Part shown: one piece after another, positions 1 through 18,034 of the stretch
Layout of the letters: each line of letters begins with the position of its first letter
Position numbering within the stretch: position 1 is the first letter of the stretch
Assembly (NCBI RefSeq): GCF_009914755.1
Contig: NC_060927.1
DNA: 64,000 nt
DNA from: the human T2T-CHM13v2.0 reference genome, Homo sapiens
Strand: one strand, 5' to 3'
Translations under genes and position numbers: made by a program
Notes under the pieces: model-generated
What the model saw: the letters and a program-made list of their open reading frames with translations, nothing else
The model's database searches: none
What the model was told of the DNA's origin: nothing

Positions 1-268
1 AGTCACTTAAGAACTCTGATGCAGACGTACAAGGAGATGAATGTTGTTTTCCCACCTGCTAACACAACAACCATTTTGCACCTCATGGGTCTAGGAATAA
101 TTTCAACTTTCAAGTCTTATTATTTAAGAAATACATTTCATGGGGCTATAGCTGCTATAGATAGTGATTTCTCTGATGGATCTGGCCAAAGTAAATTGAA
201 AATCTTCTGGAAAGGATTTACCATTCTAGATACCAAAAAGAATATTCATGATTCATGGGAGGAGGTCA

Positions 269-954
<686 letters not shown>

Positions 955-2544
955 AGGAGTTTGGAAGAAATTGATTCCATCGTGGATAACTTTGAAGGGT
1001 CCAAGATGTCTGTGGAGGAAATAACTGTAGTGGAAATGTGGTAGAAATAGCAAGAGAAGTAGAATCAGAAGTGGAGCTCGAAGATGTGATTGAATTGCTA
1101 CAATTTCATGATAAAAGTTGAATAAATGAGGAGTTGCTTCCTATGGAAGAGCAAAGAAAGTGGTTTCTTGATATGGAAACTACTCCCGGGGAAGATGCTG
1201 TGAACATTGTTGAAATGACAACAGAGAACGTAGAATATGACATGAATTTAGTTGATGAAGTGGTGGCAGGGTTTGAGAGGGTTAAGTCTAGTTTTTGAAG
1301 ACATGTTACTGTGTGTAGAATGCCATCAAACATGCTACAGAGACATCTTTTGTGAAAAGAAGAGTCAGTCAATGCAGCAACCTTCATGTCTTATTTTTAA
1401 AAAAGGCCACAGCCACCCCAACTTTCAGCAACCGCCATCCTGATCAGTCCACAGTCATCAACACAGAGGCAAAACTCTCCACCAGCAGAAAGTGTGGAAC
1501 TCTCTGAAGGCTTAGAAGACTGTTAGCACTTTTTAGCAATAAAATATTTTTTAAGTAAGAGATGTACATGGTTTTTTAGACATAATGTTATTGCACACTT
1601 TATAGATGACAGTATAATATAAGCATAACTTTTATGTGCACTGGGAAGCCAAAAAGTTTGTGTGACTCTTGTTACTGCGATATTCACTTTATTGCAGCAG
1701 TGTGGAGCTGATCCTGCAATATCTCTAAGGTATGCCTGTATATTTAATGGGTCTCTCATTGGTAGGTATATTTTTCCTAGCCTTTTTCTCCACTAATACA
1801 ACCAACATCGTAGTGAACAGTCTTGTGATATTTTTAATGGTGGGTGACACCGATTAACTTGTGGAGTCTTTGCCCCAACATGGCCTGAGTTACTTCCTGG
1901 TTTTAGCAGGCTACAGTTTGGCCACTTATCACTCTTATTTCTCATTTTTAGACTTATTCTAGCCTCTTAATTACTTCGACAGGTCTAAGATTAATTCCTT
2001 AAGTTTCAGAGCCACCTTTAGCTTTGGCAGTGGCACAGAAAACTGTGCCTGCACCAACACATGCCCCTCCATATGTCTCCAGCAGAAAAATTAATAAAAG
2101 GAGAGAGGAGTGGGAAAAGCATGACATGTGCAACATGGGTGCCTTGGAAGGGAAGCTGCATTTATTGGCAAGGGTGATAAAGACAAGCAAAAAAGAAATG
2201 ATACCATCTGTATCTCCTTTCTGAAGTGAAGCTGGAAAGAAGTTACAAACTCCACTGGACAGAACAGTCAAGGAAATGGAATTGTCTGTTTCCCTTAAAA
2301 GAAGAAAGCATCATACGTTTGGGAAATTGCAGTTAAATTAAATGTCAAAATACTTTCCAATGAATTACCTGGCTACTCTGCTTTAGCCGGTATTGTCCAC
2401 ATCTTCATCCTTTCCTCATGACTGCTATTCAGCCACACGTTGGAGGAGAGTGCTGGGCTCCCACAGGCTGATCTTTCTTGTCGGCCTCTATTTGCATTGT
2501 CTGTGACACATGTAAGTTTTCTTTTTAAAAAAATTGTGGTTAAA

Positions 2545-3120
<576 letters not shown>

Positions 3121-3394
3121 TATATTTTTTATATATATTAAAAATATATATTTTACCACTATATATATATATATAATATAACAAAATTTACCATTTTAAC
3201 AATTTTAAATTGATCTATAGTAATTATACATATTTATGAGGTACATGTGATATTTTGATGCCTGCATACCACATGTAATGATCAAATCAGGGTAATTAGG
3301 ATGTCCGTTATCTCAAACATTTATCATTTCTTTGTGTGGAGAACTTTCCAAATCTTCTAACTTTTTCAAAATATACACTAAATTATTATTAACT

Positions 3395-3527
3395 TGTTGT
3401 GGGAAGTCAGGGACCCCGAACGGAGGGACCGGCTGGAGCCGCGGCAGAGGAACGTAAATTGTGAAGGTTTCGTGGAATTTATCAGTTCCCAAATACGTTG
3501 AAATATTGGGGGCGGGTTCCCCCGATA
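3395..3527 (+). mobile_element. MER11-like (HERV-K HML-8) LTR, internally deleted to 133 bp
   Basis: Starts tgttgtgggaagtcagggaccccgaacggagggaccggctgg, ends gggggcgggttcccccgata. Perfect 6-bp TSD ttaact (3389-3394, 3528-3533). Confidence 0.85.
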
Positions 3528-4140
3528 TTAACTATAGTCACCTTACTGTGCTGTTGAACACCAAAATCTATTCCTTCTACCTAACTGTATTTTTGTATCC
3601 ATTAACCAACCTCTCTTCACCCCCTGCCAATCCTTTCCAGCCTCTGGTAACTATCAGTCTACTCTTTATCTCCATGAGGTCAACATTTTTAGCTCCCACA
3701 TATGAGTGAGAACATGCAATATTTGCATTTTTGTGCCTGACCTATTTCACTTAACATAATGTCCTCCAGTTTCACTCACGCTGTTGAAAATGGCAGGATT
3801 TCATTATTTATGATTAGATATTATTCTATGGTGTATATATGCCACATTTTTAATCCATGAACCCAGTGGTGGTGAACACTTGGATTGATTCCATATCTTG
3901 GCTATTGTGAATGATGCTGCAATAAACATAGGTATGCATCTCTGACATACTGATTTCCTTTCTTTTGGCTATATACCCAGCATCAGGATTGCTGGATCAT
4001 ATGTTAATTATAGTTTTGTGAGGAAACTACATACTGTTTCTGTACTAGTTTACATTCGCATCTGCTGGGTGCTAGTGTTCCCCTTTCTCTGCATCCTCAC
4101 CAGTGTCTGTTATTTTTTGTCTTTTTGATAACAGACATTT

Positions 4141-8049
<3,909 letters not shown>

Positions 8050-8277
8050 AAAATAGCCATTTTAATTGGGGTAAGATAATATCTCATTGCGGTTTTGATT
8101 TGCATTTCCATGATGATTAGTAATGTTGAGCATTTTTTATATGCCTCTTGTCTATTTGTATGTCTTCTTTTGAGAAATGTCTATTCAGATCCTTTGCCCA
8201 TTTTTAAATTTGATTATTAGTTTTTATTTGCTATTGAGTTGTTTGAGTTTCTTATATATTCTGGTTATTAATTTCTT

Positions 8278-8590
8278 TTTCCTTCTTTTTTTTTTTTTTT
8301 TTTTTTTTTGAGACTGAGTCTCGCTCTGTCATCCGGGCTGGAGTGCAGTAGCACTATCTCGGCTCACTGCAGCTTCTGCCTCCTGGGTTTAAGCCATTCT
8401 TCTGCCTCAGCCTCCTGAGTAGCTGGGATTACAGGTACACGCCACTATGCCCAGCTAATTTTTTGTATTTTTAGTAGAGATGGGTTTTCACCATGTTGAC
8501 CAGGCTGGTCTTGAACTCCTGACTTAGTGATCCACCTGCCTCGGCCTCCCAAAGTGCTGGGATTACAGGTGTAAGCCATCACGCCTGGCC
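8278..8590 (-). mobile_element. AluS
   Basis: Full dimer; perfect 17-bp TSD ctggttattaatttctt (8261-8277, 8591-8607). Confidence 0.96.
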
Positions 8591-9414
8591 CTGGTTATTA
8601 ATTTCTTATTGAAGGATAGTTTGCAAATATTTTCTCCCATTCTCTAGGTTGTCTCTTCACTCTGTTGACTGTTTGGTTTGCTGTGCAGAACCATTTCAAG
8701 TGTACAGTTCAGTGATTTTAACTACATTCACATCATTATACAAATCTCACCACCATTCATCTCCAGAACTTTGTTTATCTTACAAAACTGGGACTGTTCC
8801 ATTAAAAATCCTGCATTCCCATCTCTCTTCAGCTCCTGGCAACCACCAGTGTATTTTCTGTCTCTATGAATTTGACTACTAATCATATATTTGTCTTTTG
8901 TGATGCCCTTATTTCACTTAACGTTTTCAGGGTTTCATTCACATTGTAGCATGTACTAAAATTTTCTTCCTTTTTAAGGATGAATAATATTCTATTGTAC
9001 GTATATGCCAGAATTTGTTTGTTCTTTTATTTGTGAACAGGCATTTGAGTTGTTTCTGTCTTTTGGTTATTGCGATAATGCTGCTATGAACACTGCTGTA
9101 CAAGTGTCTGTTTGAGTTCCTACTTTCAGTTATTTTGGGTATATTCAGAGGTAGAATTCCTGAATTCCTATAGTAATGCAATGCTTACTTTTTTGAGGAA
9201 CTGTCATACTGTTTTCCATAGTGGCTATACCATTTTGTATTCCCCCCAGCAATGCTTAAGAGTTTAAGTTTCTCCATATCCTCTGGTGGCACATGTCACT
9301 TTTGACAACCACTGACAAATGGCTCTTTCCCATGTGTTTGCTTTAATTTATGATACTTAGAGGTCTATCCAACAGTTCTAGGAATTGTTTAGAGTTGCCC
9401 ATCAAAGTCCTCTA

Positions 9415-9723
<309 letters not shown>

Positions 9724-9972
9724 TTAGATTGAGCATTTATACACCATATGATGGTGAGTATAAAATAGCTAAATTGAAACCTCTGGGACCCTGAGAGCAA
9801 TGGCATGGAATTCTTGTTTTATGCTTAATGAGGGATGCTTTCTAATTTAGATTCTACTTAGCAGTGACTCTTTTTGTCAAGAAATAAGGAAGGAAACATC
9901 CCATCATCACAAGGCATAAAACGAAGGTGCAAAATCCGAAAGACAGACTGGACTGGGACATATAGCTAGGAC

Positions 9973-9999
9973 AGAGAGAGAGAGCGAGAGAGAGAGAAG
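9973..9999. repeat. (GA)n microsatellite
   Basis: agagagagagagcgagagagagagaag. Confidence 0.9.
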
Positions 10000-10367
10000 A
10001 TTGCTGTGGTTCATAAATAGGGGATGATAATTCCAACTAGCATTTGGCAGGCTACACTGGAACAAAGCCAGACTTACTTAAATACACCTATTGACACATA
10101 TTCTGTACTAAGAGATCAAGATATTTCTACCATTGTAATAAACTCCCTAACAATGGAAATAAGAGTCGGTCAAGAGCAGCCTGTGACATGGAGGAGCGAA
10201 ATAGTAACAACAATAATAAACACAACCATTTATTAAGCTCGAATTATGTGCAAAGAGCTTAATAACTGTTATTATTTTGTACTGTATTATTAGACACCAT
10301 CTAATGATGTTGATAATGTAAGAGCTTTTAATATAATCATCTTATTTAAACATGACTACAGCCCTAT

Positions 10368-10790
10368 TGTGTCAACTAGGTTCACCTAAGTTATGCTGCA
10401 ATAATAAATAACCCTCAAATTCTGGTGGTTTAGCACACGAAATGCCCATTTCTTGCTTACATAAAATTTGTTGGAGGTCCCAGATAACTCTGTAGGGAAG
10501 TGGTGTTCTGTTTCAGCTTGGAATTCCAGCCTGCTTCAGTCATATCACATTTCCATATCAATGCAACCTGCCATGATCACCAAGGCTGGGGAAGAGAGCG
10601 GTGGAGTATCAAACGTCTGTGCTTAAATGCTCCCACCTGGAAGTGACATACATCAAAGCTGCTCACATCTCATTAGCTAGAACAAGTCACATGGCCATGA
10701 CTAACAACAGGAAAGTAGGGAAGTGCAGTTCTCTGAAGTGCCCAGAAGGAAAGGGAACCAGATCTTGGAGAATATCTTTATGTCTGTCAG
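10368..10790 (-). mobile_element. Old MaLR LTR (MLT1K/L-like)
   Basis: gttatgctgcaataataaataaccctcaaat...gaagtgacatacatc...gctcacatctcattagctagaacaagtcacatggcc motifs. Confidence 0.7.
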
Positions 10791-10954
10791 TGATGTAAGT
10801 ACCATAATTATGTTCCCTTACAGATGGTTAAGCCAACACTCAGATTAAAAACACACATTCAAGGCCACTCTGCTACAGGGATGCATCATGACTTTTGGGT
10901 TCCAGGCACTTTGCCTTCAGTTGCCCTCTTCCTCCATTAAAAAAAAATATTCAA

Positions 10955-11298
10955 GGCTGGGCATTCCTGCCTTAAATATTAAGGTGGCTCATTCCTGTAA
11001 TCCCAACACTTTGGGAGGCTGAGGTGGGCAGATCACTTGAGCCCCAGGAGTTTGAGACCAGCCTAGGCAACATGGCAAAACCCTATCTCTACAAAACAAC
11101 AACAACAACCACAACAAAAAAAACAAGCAAAAATTAGCATTAGCATGGCATGGTGGTGGCGCACTTGTAGTCCCAGCTACTCAGGAAGCTGAGATGGGAG
11201 GATCACCTGAGCCCAGGGAGGTTCAGGGTGCAGTGAGCCATGATTGTGCCACTGCACTCCAGCCTGATGGCAGAGTGAGACTCTCTCTCTCTCTCTCT
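10955..11298 (+). mobile_element. AluJ with a small 5' insertion and (CT)n tail
   Basis: AluJ features: ggaggatcacctgagcccaggga, gagccatgattgtgcc. Confidence 0.9.
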
Positions 11299-11332
11299 AA
11301 ATATATATATACACATATATATTTATGTAGTT

Positions 11333-11487
11333 AGATTATGCTGAATTATGTTGAAGAGACAACCTAGAGAATGGGAGAAAATATTTTCAAACTATCCTTC
11401 AATAAGGGATTAATAACCAGAATATATAAGGAACTCAAACAACTCAATAGCAAAAAAAACTAATAATCAGATTTAAAAATGGGCAAA
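11333..11487 (+). other. Locally templated composite insertion (20 bp from 11900-11919 plus an inverted L1 segment from 8193-8659 without its Alu)
   Basis: Exact 20-mer agattatgctgaattatgtt shared with 11900-11919. 11353-11487 is ~95% identical (hand count) to the reverse complement of 8193-8277 joined to 8608-8659. Confidence 0.8.
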
Positions 11488-12241
11488 TATATATGTATTT
11501 ATATATACATATAATATATATATTATGAATGCATTCGTATAAAGATGAAAATAATCCAGGCTAGATTCATTTTTATTATATTCATTTTTCTTCTGATTAA
11601 AAAAATAAAATGAAAACATTGTTGTGGGCAGTAGGCCTATTGTGCCTAGAGGAGAAGTCAGCTCCATTCAAATAGTTGGGATTAGAATAAAGTCTGGTTC
11701 CTAAACCCATGCTTTTCACCACAGCACTAAAATACCTATCCAAACCAAAGAACCACACTGAATCAAAATGCAGTTCTTTTAATCACAGCTGGTTGAGTAT
11801 TTTCAACATTTTCTCAAAATGAGAATAGATATTAATATGAGAATCCACTTTACCACTGTTTGAAAATTATAGGGTATTTGGGAGCGGGGTGGAAAGGTGA
11901 GATTATGCTGAATTATGTTTAAGAGTAAACCACGTGTAGTTCTCTTTCCAGAAGAGGACTATTTCATCCATGACACATCCTTAAGTCCTTGCTAATGAGA
12001 AGACAGAATGTGGCCTTGGCCAGCTCAGTTCAACATTCACATGTATACATTTTCATGAACAATAGTTGAAATGTTCTATAGAAGAAAATAAATAGTTGAT
12101 ATTCAAAGGAAACACTAGCTGTAACCTTCCTCTTCTTGGAGTTGCATAGCTCATCTCTAGGGTTACAAATGGCAATTTGTTTAACAAACCACCTTAATGG
12201 GTCTGTCTTGCTGTGGAAGGCTGAGACCCTAGGGTCTAGAC

Positions 12242-12598
12242 CAGCACTGTCTCAAAGACACAGGATGCAAGCCACACATGTAACTTTAAATTTGCTAACA
12301 GTTACATTTAGAAAGTCAAAAGCAGGTGAGGTCAGTTTTAATAATACTTTTAATTTAATGCAATATATTATCATCTTATTTAACCTATTATTCAATATAC
12401 TTATTTAATAAAATATATTATCATTTAGGATATAATCAATATTAACATTATTAATGAGATATTTTATTACCTATTTGAAGACTATTCAAAATATGGTGTG
12501 TGTTTTACTCTTCCACACCTCTCAATTTGGATTAGCCACCTTTCTAGCAGTGTTCAGTAGTCATATGTGGCAAATGGTTAATGTACTGGATATTGCAG
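12242..12598 (+). mobile_element. MER33 (hAT-Charlie) MITE
   Basis: cagcactgtc...agccacacatgtaac...ggtgtgtgttttac...catatgtggc...ggatattgcag. Confidence 0.8.
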
Positions 12599-12664
12599 GC
12601 CTAGAATAAGAAGAGGTCAGAAAAAGAAAGAGGGGAATTGTTCTGCATTCAAAAGTGTGTAAGA

Positions 12665-13000
12665 GGCTGGTTGTGATGGCTCACACCTGTAATCCTAGCA
12701 CTTTGGGAGGCAGAGGTAAGGGGATTGCTTGACACCAGGAGTTTGAGACCACCTTGAAAAACATAGTGAGACCCCTTTGTCTACAAGAAATAAAAATAAA
12801 AATAAATTAGCAGGTGTGATGGTGTGTGCCTGTATCTACCAGCTACTTGGTGCCTGTATTCTACCAGCTACTTGGGAGGCAGAGGTGAAAGGATCACTTG
12901 AGCCCAGGAATGGAGGCTGCAGTGAGCCATGACTGTGTGACTGTACTCCAGCCTGAGTGACAGAGCAAGATCCTATCTCTTAAAATATAAAAATAAATGA
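12665..13000 (+). mobile_element. AluJ with an internal ~24-bp tandem duplication
   Basis: AluJ features; gtgcctgtat(t)ctaccagctacttg occurs twice at ~12826-12873. Confidence 0.9.
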
Positions 13001-13621
13001 ATAATAGAAAAAGAAGATATATAGGAACTCTGAGTTTCCTGGAAGGCAGTGGTAGTGGTGGTGGGCACAGCCAGAGAGAACAGCTGAGGGGTCTAGAAAG
13101 AAGTAGAGTTAAGGGTGTGGACGGAGAGGAACCAATGTGAAGACAGGAGATGGCCAGTGAAATAGTGCAGAAGTGGGAAAGGCTTGCAGTGTGTTTAAGC
13201 TTGTGTTTTAATTTGTTGGCAGTGGTGCACTGCAATATATCCCTGTCTAAAGCTCTCCTCCATTGCTACTTTTGAACAATAGTAAAAGTGCTATTTATAC
13301 ATACCCACTGAAAGTTGTCTTTGGGGGAAATCCAATAAAACTGGCTATGTTTCATCTTTTGCCATAATATGGAGTGAAGAAAGCAGCCCTAAGATGGGAA
13401 GTGCAACTCATTCCAAAAGGACCAGGGTTCTAAAAACCAGGGTGAGATGGGCCATTGGGCTGGTAATACCTGTGATGGGGGCTTGAACCACTTAAGTTTA
13501 AGTTCAAAGAACAGCCCCTCCCCTCCATTTCTATCCTCAAGGCTAAAAGATTTGGGAACATCCAGCAATCAGATTACATTTAGAGAGGGGACCCTTACAG
13601 TAAGTAGAAGAAGTAGCATAG

Positions 13622-13921
13622 TTTTATTTTTGTTTGTTTTTTTGGAGACAGGATTTCCCTCTGTCACCCAGGCTAGAATGCAGTGGCATGATATCAGCTC
13701 ACTGTTTCTGGGTTCAAGTGATTCTCCACCTCAGCCTCCCAAGTAGCTGGGATTACAGGCACACACAACCACGCCTGGCTAATTTTTGTATTTTTTTTTT
13801 GTAGAGATGGGCTTTCTCCACATTGGCCAGGCTGGTCTCGAACTCCTGACCTCAAGTGATCTGCCCGCCTTGGCCTCCCAAAGTTCTGGGATTACAGGCG
13901 TGAGCTACCACGCCTCGAGCC
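13622..13921 (-). mobile_element. Alu (J/S), small internal deletion
   Basis: Reverse-complement dimer; TSD-like agaagtagcatagttt / agaggtggcacagttt. Confidence 0.9.
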
Positions 13922-14276
13922 AGAGGTGGCACAGTTTCAATACAATTACATGTTTGCTATTTTTCTACTGTATTATCAGATATTTGACAGGTACTGGGGT
14001 TAAGAGGAGGAATAAAAATGACCTGACCCACAGAGATACTATATCCTATGATAAAGATATACCAACTGAAAAACAACATGGTCCCTAAAGTGTAATTTTA
14101 ATGACTTTTTTTCTTAGCTAAACTGAAAATACAAACCTCTATTTGTGTTCTTTTAAGACTACTTAAATGCATTGTAATATAACTTAAAAGCTAATTCTGC
14201 AACTCTTCACTAAGTGTATGGCTTCATTTCACAATGAGATGCTTGAGTAGATTTGATTCTTGTGAGTATTCTTTGA

Positions 14277-14736
<460 letters not shown>

Positions 14737-16199
14737 TAGTGGAATCAAAATCTGGATTAAGAACAAATAAATGTGATTTATTAGGAAACGAAAGGAGTCA
14801 GGGCTTTCAAGTTGGATTAACGGATTCACCCTTTGCTTTCGTGTGGTGCCTGACTAGTAGTACTTAGATTGTCCTCAACAAAGACACCCAAAGTGAAAAA
14901 AAGGAAGGAAGAAGGAAGCAAGCAAGGAGGCATGCAGAAAAGAAGAATCCATGGTGATGATAGAAAAACTTAAAAAGATAAATCCATCTCTCAACAAAAT
15001 CAAGCTAAAAGGCCAATTTATTTTACTAGATAGCATCTCTCTTTGGTAAGAAATTTCCAGAGAAAGAATGTCAATAAATAGTGTTAGCTTTGAGGTTTAC
15101 ATTAAATTTTTGTTCATGTATGAGTAAATTTTGTGCAGCTTCATCTCTGTGACTCTGGTATGGTGAAATAAAGTACTCAGAGATGAACTTCTTTCTCTGA
15201 AAATTTTAGAGTCTTGAAAATTATTTGTATTAGAAGAGAGAGAGAATAGAGAGCTTGAGCCGGGGTGATTGGCCGACAAACAGAATGGGAGATGGCTTTG
15301 GTCTATGCATTTGCAGTGGGCTTGGGGGATACTTCCTCAGAGGTGGAATGGGTGGCCCTATTGTTCTTTTTGCTAAAGTTCTTTCTTTCAGCTGAGAGAT
15401 CACAATGAAAGGCAGCTTTATTTTTTCTGACTGTTCAGATGGTCCCTTCAGTTAATTTTAGCTCTATTTTAAAAAACCTATTTTCATGTGAGTTTTTTTA
15501 TCCCTTTCCTGTACTCAGACGGTCATCTGCAAAGACCCAGAGAGAGCTGGCAAAAGAGGGTACACATGCTTCAGGCCTGATCACTTCCCTAAGGTCAAAT
15601 ATATTATCCTTTTGGGTACGACTTGTGAACTTCTGTGTTTGAACTTCTGTGTAAGAAGAAAAAATGAAGGAAAATCTGTTCGCCTTTTGTCTTAATAAAG
15701 TATCAAATCAGAAGGAAAGCAAGCTCCAGAGAGAAACAGAAAGATCACAGTGCTTTGTTTCAACCAACAATACCCATGCTCTAAAAAAGACAAAAAAAAA
15801 TTTCTAGAGGCGTATTGTGCCCACCAGGCATTTTGTTGTAATTAGGAAAAAGTCACACAAGGCCACGGGAGTGAATAAAATGACAGGTAGATTGGCTTCC
15901 CTTTTTGATGAATTTTATTTTTTTGAAATGAGTTTGGGGTGGGGGTTGTATATGTGATCATACTAAACAATGACCTGACAATGAATGATCTATTAATGCG
16001 ATTATCAGAGTTGTGAGATGATCAAACTTGCCTCAAAAGGTTAAAAAGAAACCTCATAGAAAAGAACTGATGAGAGCTTATTTCTTAGAAGATCAACTCT
16101 TACAGCATAATATGTTTGTTCAGAACAGCCAAAAGGACTTTCCCAGCTCCATTTGCAGCACAAAGGGCTGGACCTGCTTGGGGCAGACAATGTCATGTT

Positions 16200-17145
16200 T
16201 AACAAATAAGGGAGGAAAGGCAGTGCCTCCCAACTTGGATTTTGCTTTGATTTTTTTTTTTTTCCCCATGCAGGAGAACAATTTTCAAGTAAGAAGGATA
16301 AACTAAAGAATCAGTGAAAAAGAATTAAAGTCCAAGAGACATTTGGAGAAGAGCATTTTGGCCTTTACAAGAGCCCAGATCAAAAGTCATAGACAGCTCC
16401 TATTTCATAGCCCTGATCAAAGAACTGTAGTTGGTAATCTGAGAAATCATGGAGCGTGAGAGTTTTCAGAACCCTGGAGAGGGGCGAGCATTCCAATTTT
16501 CAAAAAGAAAGGATAAAAGAAACAGCTGGCTAATAAGCTTGACCTTGAACTGAAGTAATTCAAAGTGACTATTTGTGAGTAACTGGAAAAAAAGTGGTGA
16601 TGATTCATTCTTAACATAGGTTTCTCAAGTCATGCCAAATTAGTATTGTTTTTTATCTCTTGATGATTATTTGTTAGACCAGTGGAGTAAGGAAATGTCA
16701 TAGATAGTGTAGAATCTCATCATTCAGAGCTCCATGTGGACAGTCACCTCTTTAGAAGAGCAATTCATGAGCACCTGGTCTTAAGCAGTTACCCAGATGT
16801 AGCCATAAAAAGTTACTTTATGGTTTTTGTTAAAAACATTTGTTAATATCTAAATATCATATTGCAATGACTTTGTTGACAGTCTGGCCTCTTTCCCACT
16901 AGAATGCAAACTCCATGGAATTGAAATCCCAAGTGTTTTGGCCTTCTTTATATTTCTACCATCTTAAACAGTGTACTACCACACAACAAGCACTCAGTAA
17001 GTGCCCATTCAATGAATGAATATTGCTTAAGTACATTTTTTTGGTGCAAGTACTCTCTAAAATATTCATGTGAGAAATGGTGATTATTTCAGCAAGGCAT
17101 TTGACAAAGTCTCCCATTATTTCCTTGATGATAAGATGGAAAAAT
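16200..17145 (+). mobile_element. L3/CR1 LINE fragments (RT region), ~16200-16717 and 17083-17145
   Basis: CR1-like motifs: ccaattttcaaaaag, aagtcatgccaaa, ggaaatgtcatagatagtgt...atttcagcaaggcatttgacaaagtctc (FSKAFDKV). Confidence 0.7.
16890..17025 (+). mobile_element. L2 3' end
   Basis: cccactagaatgcaaactcc...gcactcagtaagt...aatgaatgaa. Confidence 0.6.
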
Positions 17146-17474
17146 TTATCATATGATTTTATAGCTGCCAATTTGTGGTATAGCTGTCAATTACAGTCAT
17201 TTCAGGCCAAGTAAGGACAGTCAGGAGTTAGTTGCAAGGCAGATAGGGATAGAGGCTATCTTTTGATTCCCTTCACATCTTCACATGTGGTTCTGTCTGT
17301 GACCACATGAAACATCTCCAGCTGACATTACAAGTGAAGGGAATATGCTGATCTCAGAAGGATGCTTCATCTCATCAAAGTAACCTTCATTTCTTTACAC
17401 TTTTATATTATGCTGCTTGTACTTTTGTTTAGCATTCATTTCATGCCACGTTGTTTCATTATTAGTTAATTCAA

Positions 17475-18034
17475 CATATTTTTTGAATAGGTTCAAAATC
17501 AAAAGGTAAAGTATACAGTGAAAAGCCTTCCTCCCACTACCATTGTTCACCAATTGCCCACTTCCTCTGTCCATAAGAATCCAGTGTTATTGGCTGGGTG
17601 CGGTGGATCATGCCTGTAATCCCAGAATTTTGGAAGGCCGAGGTGGGAGGATTGCTTGAGCCCAGATGTTTGAGACAAGCCTGGGCAACATGTTGAAATC
17701 CTGTCTCTACAAAAAATACAAAAATTAGCTAAGCCTGGTGGTGCACACCTGTAGTCCCACCTACTCAGACAGGAATATCACTTGAGCCCGGGACGTTGAG
17801 GCTACAGTGAGCTGTGATTGTGCCACTGTCCTCCAGCCTGGGTGAAAGAACAAGACCCTATCTCAAAAACAACAACTCCCCCCCCAAAAAAAAGAAAGAA
17901 AGAAAAGAACAGAAACAAAACCAATGTTATTTTTTATCCTTCCAGAAATATTTTAGCATATACAAGAATATATACATATATGTTACATATGTTAGTATCT
18001 ATCTTCTCTTCTTTACACAAATGGTAACATACTA
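17475..18034 (-). mobile_element. Old L1ME 3' fragment split by an AluJ
   Basis: aaaaggtaaagtatacagtgaaaag...tatccttccagaaatatt...ttacacaaatggtaacatactat. Confidence 0.55.
17592..17920 (+). mobile_element. AluJ
   Basis: ggaggattgcttgagccc, gaggctacagtgagctgtgattgtgcc; TSD-like ccagtgttatt / ccaatgttatt. Confidence 0.9.

Larger units (their letters stand above)
10877..11665. mobile_element. hAT MITE (MER96B-like), split by an AluJ and a templated insert
   Basis: ggcactttgccttc...cttcctccattaaaaaaa (10877-10950) continues at ~11525 as tataaagatgaaaataatccaggctagattc...gtgcctag. Confidence 0.5.

Noticed and set aside
2370-2512. Exon-like segment with splice motifs on both strands
   Set aside because: Weak acceptors, stops in the frames examined, and no partner exon.
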